In this document: positions 60,237 to 64,000 of the stretch, piece by piece
How the letters are laid out: each line of letters starts with the position of its first letter
How positions within the stretch are numbered: the first letter of the stretch is position 1
Source: Raillietiella orientalis
Taxonomy: Eukaryota
Direction of reading: 5' to 3'
Assembly: GCA_036172245.1 (NCBI GenBank)
Contig: JAYWIR010000002.1
Coordinates: forward strand, 1,302,001-1,366,000
DNA length: 64,000 bases
Notes under the pieces: generated by a model
Told to the model about the DNA's origin: nothing
What the model saw: only the letters and a program-made list of their open reading frames with translations
Databases searched by the model: none
Translations under genes and position numbers: made by a program

Positions 60237-62396
60237 ATGGATTACGTTCCCTACTTCGGGGACCTCATCCCCTTTTTTAGCACGTTCAGTTTCTACCTCG
60301 GCGGTCCGAATCAAGCGAACCTGCTGTTCACGACCGCGCTGCTCGTCGGATCGCTGTACTACTGCATGGCATACGCTCTTCAGGAGAAGCTGGTTGCCTC
60401 CGAGCGGCTGGTCATGAACAAGCAGGCCCTAGCATACCCCTACGACATAGACTGCGTCGTTTCCCGCATGCACGGCCTAGCCATGGACAATAACTTCTTC
60501 ACCTACCTCTACAACTCTTGCAAGATCATTCCCCAGATCATTCTGGTGAGGGGTCAGTCGGAAGTGACCCAGGGGGGGACGAGACCCGCTCTGGGGATCA
60601 TCAACGGGGACACCATGAGCTGGACCACGTACTCCGAGTGCCAGAACGAGATCCAGCAGATCGCCTCGGGTATGCGTGCACAGAAGCTCGTCTCGAAGGT
60701 GTCCAGGAAGGTCAGACCCGAGTGCGTTGGAGTGTGCGCTCCCCGGGGACCCGAACACACCATCATAGAGCACTCCATCATCCTCCTAGGAGGCGTGTAC
60801 GTCCCGGTTCACAACCACTACGGCAACGACACCATGATGGACATCATCCGGAGGACACGCATGCGGACGCTGTTCATTGGCGACGTAGAGAAGGGGAAGG
60901 TCATTATCGAGAGGCGCCCGCTGACCCTGAAGCACTTGGTTGCCTTCGAGTCCGTGGGCATGGTGCTGAAGACCAAGGCCAACCTCAAGGGGCTCAGCTA
61001 CCACACGCTGTCCTCCCTGAAGAGGAAGGGTGGTCGCAAGCTGCTCGACCTGCACAAACAGATGTCATTGCTGCTGCCCAACAGGGTCGTGGCCTGCTTC
61101 TTCACCGTTAACCACAGCGAAAAGTCCCGAGGCGTTCTGTTGACTCACGAGAACCTGCTCTCCGCAGCCACTGCGGTCGCTGTGCACCTAGACCAGCTGT
61201 TTCTAAGCCCTGACGACGTCTACCTGGCCAACGTGGGCAGGCATCATGCGTATGAGATGCTCTGGAACCTCTGCGTGCTGATGCAGGGAGCAAAGCTGGT
61301 GTACGGCACAGGAGACATCCAGAGCGACCTCAGAGTGGCCCGCCCGTCGTTCCTGGTTACCCCCCCCTGGGTTGTGAACGAGGTGTACGACAACTTCGTC
61401 GATACCTACAACAGCATGGGGGCGTGCACTCGCATGTCCACGGACTGCGGCTTCACCAAGAAACTGTCCAGCATGGAGCGCAGTTCCATGATGCGCGGGA
61501 CCTTCATGGACATGAAGTTAGGCCGCCAGGTGCAGAAGGCATTCGGCGGCCGGGTCAGAATCGTGATCGTCAGCGGTGGACCGATCTTCAGGGACGTTGT
61601 CGTCTTCATGAGGGCGTGCCTGAACTGCTTCGTCCTGCAGAGCTACGGAGCTGCCGAGACCAGCGGAGTGGCTTGCATGACCGTTCCCGGAGACAACATG
61701 GTGGACCACGTCGGGCCACCCTTGCCGTGCAACCACATCAAGTTGATCCACCCGGAACTCTTCACGTACACGCAAGTCACCCCGCTGGAGCTGCTTCGAC
61801 GAGGGTCCTATGTGGGCGAGATCGGAATCCGCGGGACGAACGTGGCGAAGGAGTACATTGTGTGGAAGGACGACAAAGGGAGGTATAGCAAGGAGGAGAT
61901 GGTCCTGCTCGTGACGGACGGGCAAGACTTCTTCCGCACCAACGACCTCGGGCGCATCCTCAGTAATGGAGCCATACAGCTCGTCGGCAGGAAGAAGATC
62001 AACGAGAAGAACGCTTCAGGAGAGTGGATTTGCCCCGTCCACCTGGAGAAGATTCTCAGGGACCACGTCAAGGTGATCGAAGGCATCCACTTGCACGTGG
62101 ACAGATACCGCTTTTACACCATAGCGTTTGTTAATGCGAAAGAAAGTAACGCTCAGAGTGAACTGGTCTTGAACGAGATCTTGCAGTCCTGCGCTACCTC
62201 AGAGAAAGTCAGAGACCTGAAGAGCTACCAGGTTCCCCAAGCGGTTGTCATCGCTCGTTCCACGATCACAAAGGCAGACCACGCTGCGAGGGACGAAATT
62301 TTAGTGAAGGAACACGAGCACGACTTGGAAGAGACCAAGCAAATGTCCCCGACGGAGAACCAAGTCTTCGGAAGAGCTCTGCAAGACATGTTCTGA
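60237..62396 (+). CDS. Intronless long-chain fatty acyl-CoA synthetase (ACSL)-like protein, 719 aa, with degenerate adenylation motifs
   Basis: Long uninterrupted ORF with strong C/G third-position bias. The first ATG is at 60237 (track ORF starts at an upstream GTG). It has an N-terminal hydrophobic segment and ACSL landmarks: WTTYSE, GVLLTHENL, DDVYL, FGGRVRIVIVSGGPI, SYGAAETSG, HVGPPLPCNHIKL, GEIGIRGTNVAKEY, FRTNDLG...GAIQLVGRKK, GEWICPVHLE, LKSYQ. Confidence 0.92.
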   Translation: MDYVPYFGDLIPFFSTFSFYLGGPNQANLLFTTALLVGSLYYCMAYALQEKLVASERLVMNKQALAYPYDIDCVVSRMHGLAMDNNFFTYLYNSCKIIPQIILVRGQSEVTQGGTRPALGIINGDTMSWTTYSECQNEIQQIASGMRAQKLVSKVSRKVRPECVGVCAPRGPEHTIIEHSIILLGGVYVPVHNHYGNDTMMDIIRRTRMRTLFIGDVEKGKVIIERRPLTLKHLVAFESVGMVLKTKANLKGLSYHTLSSLKRKGGRKLLDLHKQMSLLLPNRVVACFFTVNHSEKSRGVLLTHENLLSAATAVAVHLDQLFLSPDDVYLANVGRHHAYEMLWNLCVLMQGAKLVYGTGDIQSDLRVARPSFLVTPPWVVNEVYDNFVDTYNSMGACTRMSTDCGFTKKLSSMERSSMMRGTFMDMKLGRQVQKAFGGRVRIVIVSGGPIFRDVVVFMRACLNCFVLQSYGAAETSGVACMTVPGDNMVDHVGPPLPCNHIKLIHPELFTYTQVTPLELLRRGSYVGEIGIRGTNVAKEYIVWKDDKGRYSKEEMVLLVTDGQDFFRTNDLGRILSNGAIQLVGRKKINEKNASGEWICPVHLEKILRDHVKVIEGIHLHVDRYRFYTIAFVNAKESNAQSELVLNEILQSCATSEKVRDLKSYQVPQAVVIARSTITKADHAARDEILVKEHEHDLEETKQMSPTENQVFGRALQDMF

Positions 62397-62479
62397 AGGA
62401 GCAACCTGCGTTTCAGCGCCTCCGGACAAGAGCAGCTGTGGGTGGACTGCTGACGTACGGCGACGAGGCCACGTACCGA

Positions 62480-62485
62480 AATAAA
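62480..62485 (+). terminator. Probable polyadenylation signal of the ACSL-like gene
   Basis: AATAAA 84 nt after the stop codon, followed by a GT-rich stretch (ctttgtgtgg). Confidence 0.5.
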
Positions 62486-64000
62486 CGCTTTGTGTGGAAC
62501 ATTGAGAGCACGAGTTGGTGATGGAGGGTTTCTCGAAGAGCAGTGGGGACTTATTCCTTGAAGAGTCATCCCCCTGAATGAGCAAAGCCGACGTGGAATA
62601 AATGGACGTCTGTGCATTCGTGATTTCGATTCTTTGGAGCCAGCGGAGGCACTTCGACCAACAGAAAACGGTCAATTTGACCACGAGGCTTCTGAAGCAT
62701 TACTTGCATTTCTTCGTTTTCATGAGCAACGGAAGAGTACTCTTCTTGCTCTCTTTCCACGCCGTCGAAAGAGAAATCAATGAATCTCCAGTATTCCCGA
62801 CGCCTAAGTTAGGGAAATGAATGAGCTGCGCCCATGTCTTCTCCAATATTTTCCACATCGTATGTGCAAGCAGTACAAGGCTAAGGGAGACTCCAGGATG
62901 AAGAAAAAAAAGCCTCGTACCACGAGGTTCTCTCCCTTCGGGCGAGTCTTCTCCATGAAGCTCCCTGTGGCCTCTCTCGGACCGCAGCTTGAGATGGGCC
63001 CAGCTGAAGATGGAGTTTCGACGGTCCACCACCGAACAAGAAGATTTCGAACGGTCGCTTGCGAGCAAACCCTTGCGACACACCGATTGTTCCCACCAAA
63101 ATCCAGAATCCATCTTTTTCGGTTGCTGCAAATCCCACCTTTGGCCGCCAAACATATTGCTGACGGGAGGCGAGGAGGGCGGGGTGGAGATTTTTCCCCA
63201 GTTGCCTATGCGCAGGCCATCCAAGGCTTTCTCTCGTGGGAGGGTGCGTTTTCCGAGCAGTCGGCTTGTTTTTGCTGTCCAACGAAGGCTTACTCTTGTC
63301 ATTCACACCTCCTTCACAAACGAGGAGGTAGGCTGCATCGGTCCACGAGGCGACGCCAAGGGCACACGAACCCTTCGCACCACCACGAAATGGCGCCCGT
63401 ACGGCTCGTCAGCGCGCTTAGCCGTTAAACATGCTTTCTGCTGTTTTAGGGGAAGGACCGGGATGCTGTGGAGATCTGCTTTACTCGTGTGGTGCATCTG
63501 TTGCCGGAGGACGAAGCGGCTTTCTGTTATGGGAAAATCCAACAGGAGCTCCTCGTCTCTGTGCTTTCAAAATCAAAAAAAAATAAGGTGCTTCTATGGA
63601 CTTCCGGGAGAACCCACCTTTATGACTACAATTGTCCATGGGGGTGCCAAGGTGAAAAGCATCGCGAAATCGCTGATGCTTTTAAGAGGATTAACCGTTC
63701 AACGAATCCGATGTCTAATAGCGGTGCTGCGCTTTTATGTGACCATGTGACATCATCCGCATCGTGGTGTTCTGGAATTCGAGGTTTGGCGATTCCTGGA
63801 TCGGGAATCCAAGGTACACACAGGTAGATAGATAGAGCATGTTCACAGACATACATTTATATATACATGAACAGATACATTGTGTGTCTAGACGCGGACA
63901 AACATCCTTAATCCATCAACTACTATCCCAACTTTTACAAGAAAAACTTCTCACAGGGAAGGTTTATTCTAATTCCCTTCTCTCCATTGTTGTCTTCTTG

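Noticed and set aside
1-64000. CRISPR array, rRNA, canonical nematode SL1 RNA or prokaryotic operon/defence system
   Set aside because: No regularly spaced repeats, rRNA-like sequence or SL1 leader seen. The only bacterial DNA is the ~520-bp insert.

Overview
This is eukaryotic (metazoan, probably ecdysozoan invertebrate) genomic DNA with GT-AG introns, many short (48-105 nt) and often ending in TTTCAG/TTCCAG. Nearly all ORFs in the supplied track are GC-rich background. By manual splicing I can support three host genes. (1) An NPDC1/cab-1-like type I membrane protein gene on the minus strand (~3.5-9.9 kb, 5' end not found). (2) A nine-exon adenylate kinase 8 (AK8)-like gene on the minus strand (17.8-42.1 kb, first exon not found) in which both P-loops are destroyed. 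(3) An intronless ACSL-type long-chain acyl-CoA synthetase-like gene on the plus strand (60237-62396) whose ATP/AMP-binding motif is destroyed. An 8.3-kb AK8 intron contains a ~520-bp AT-rich bacterial insertion that looks Wolbachia-derived. It is a chimera of a Wolbachia-palindromic-element-like relic, the 3' end of nuoI (minus) and an internal piece of alaS (plus). The window also holds degenerate L1/Tx1-type retrotransposon pieces in opposite orientations (54.5-57.3 kb), a ~125-bp dispersed repeat pair, several unusually perfect hairpins and microsatellites. Family assignments come from remembered motifs, not database searches. I did not find a clearly new multi-gene system. The best leads are the chimeric endosymbiont insertion and the two apparent pseudoenzymes.
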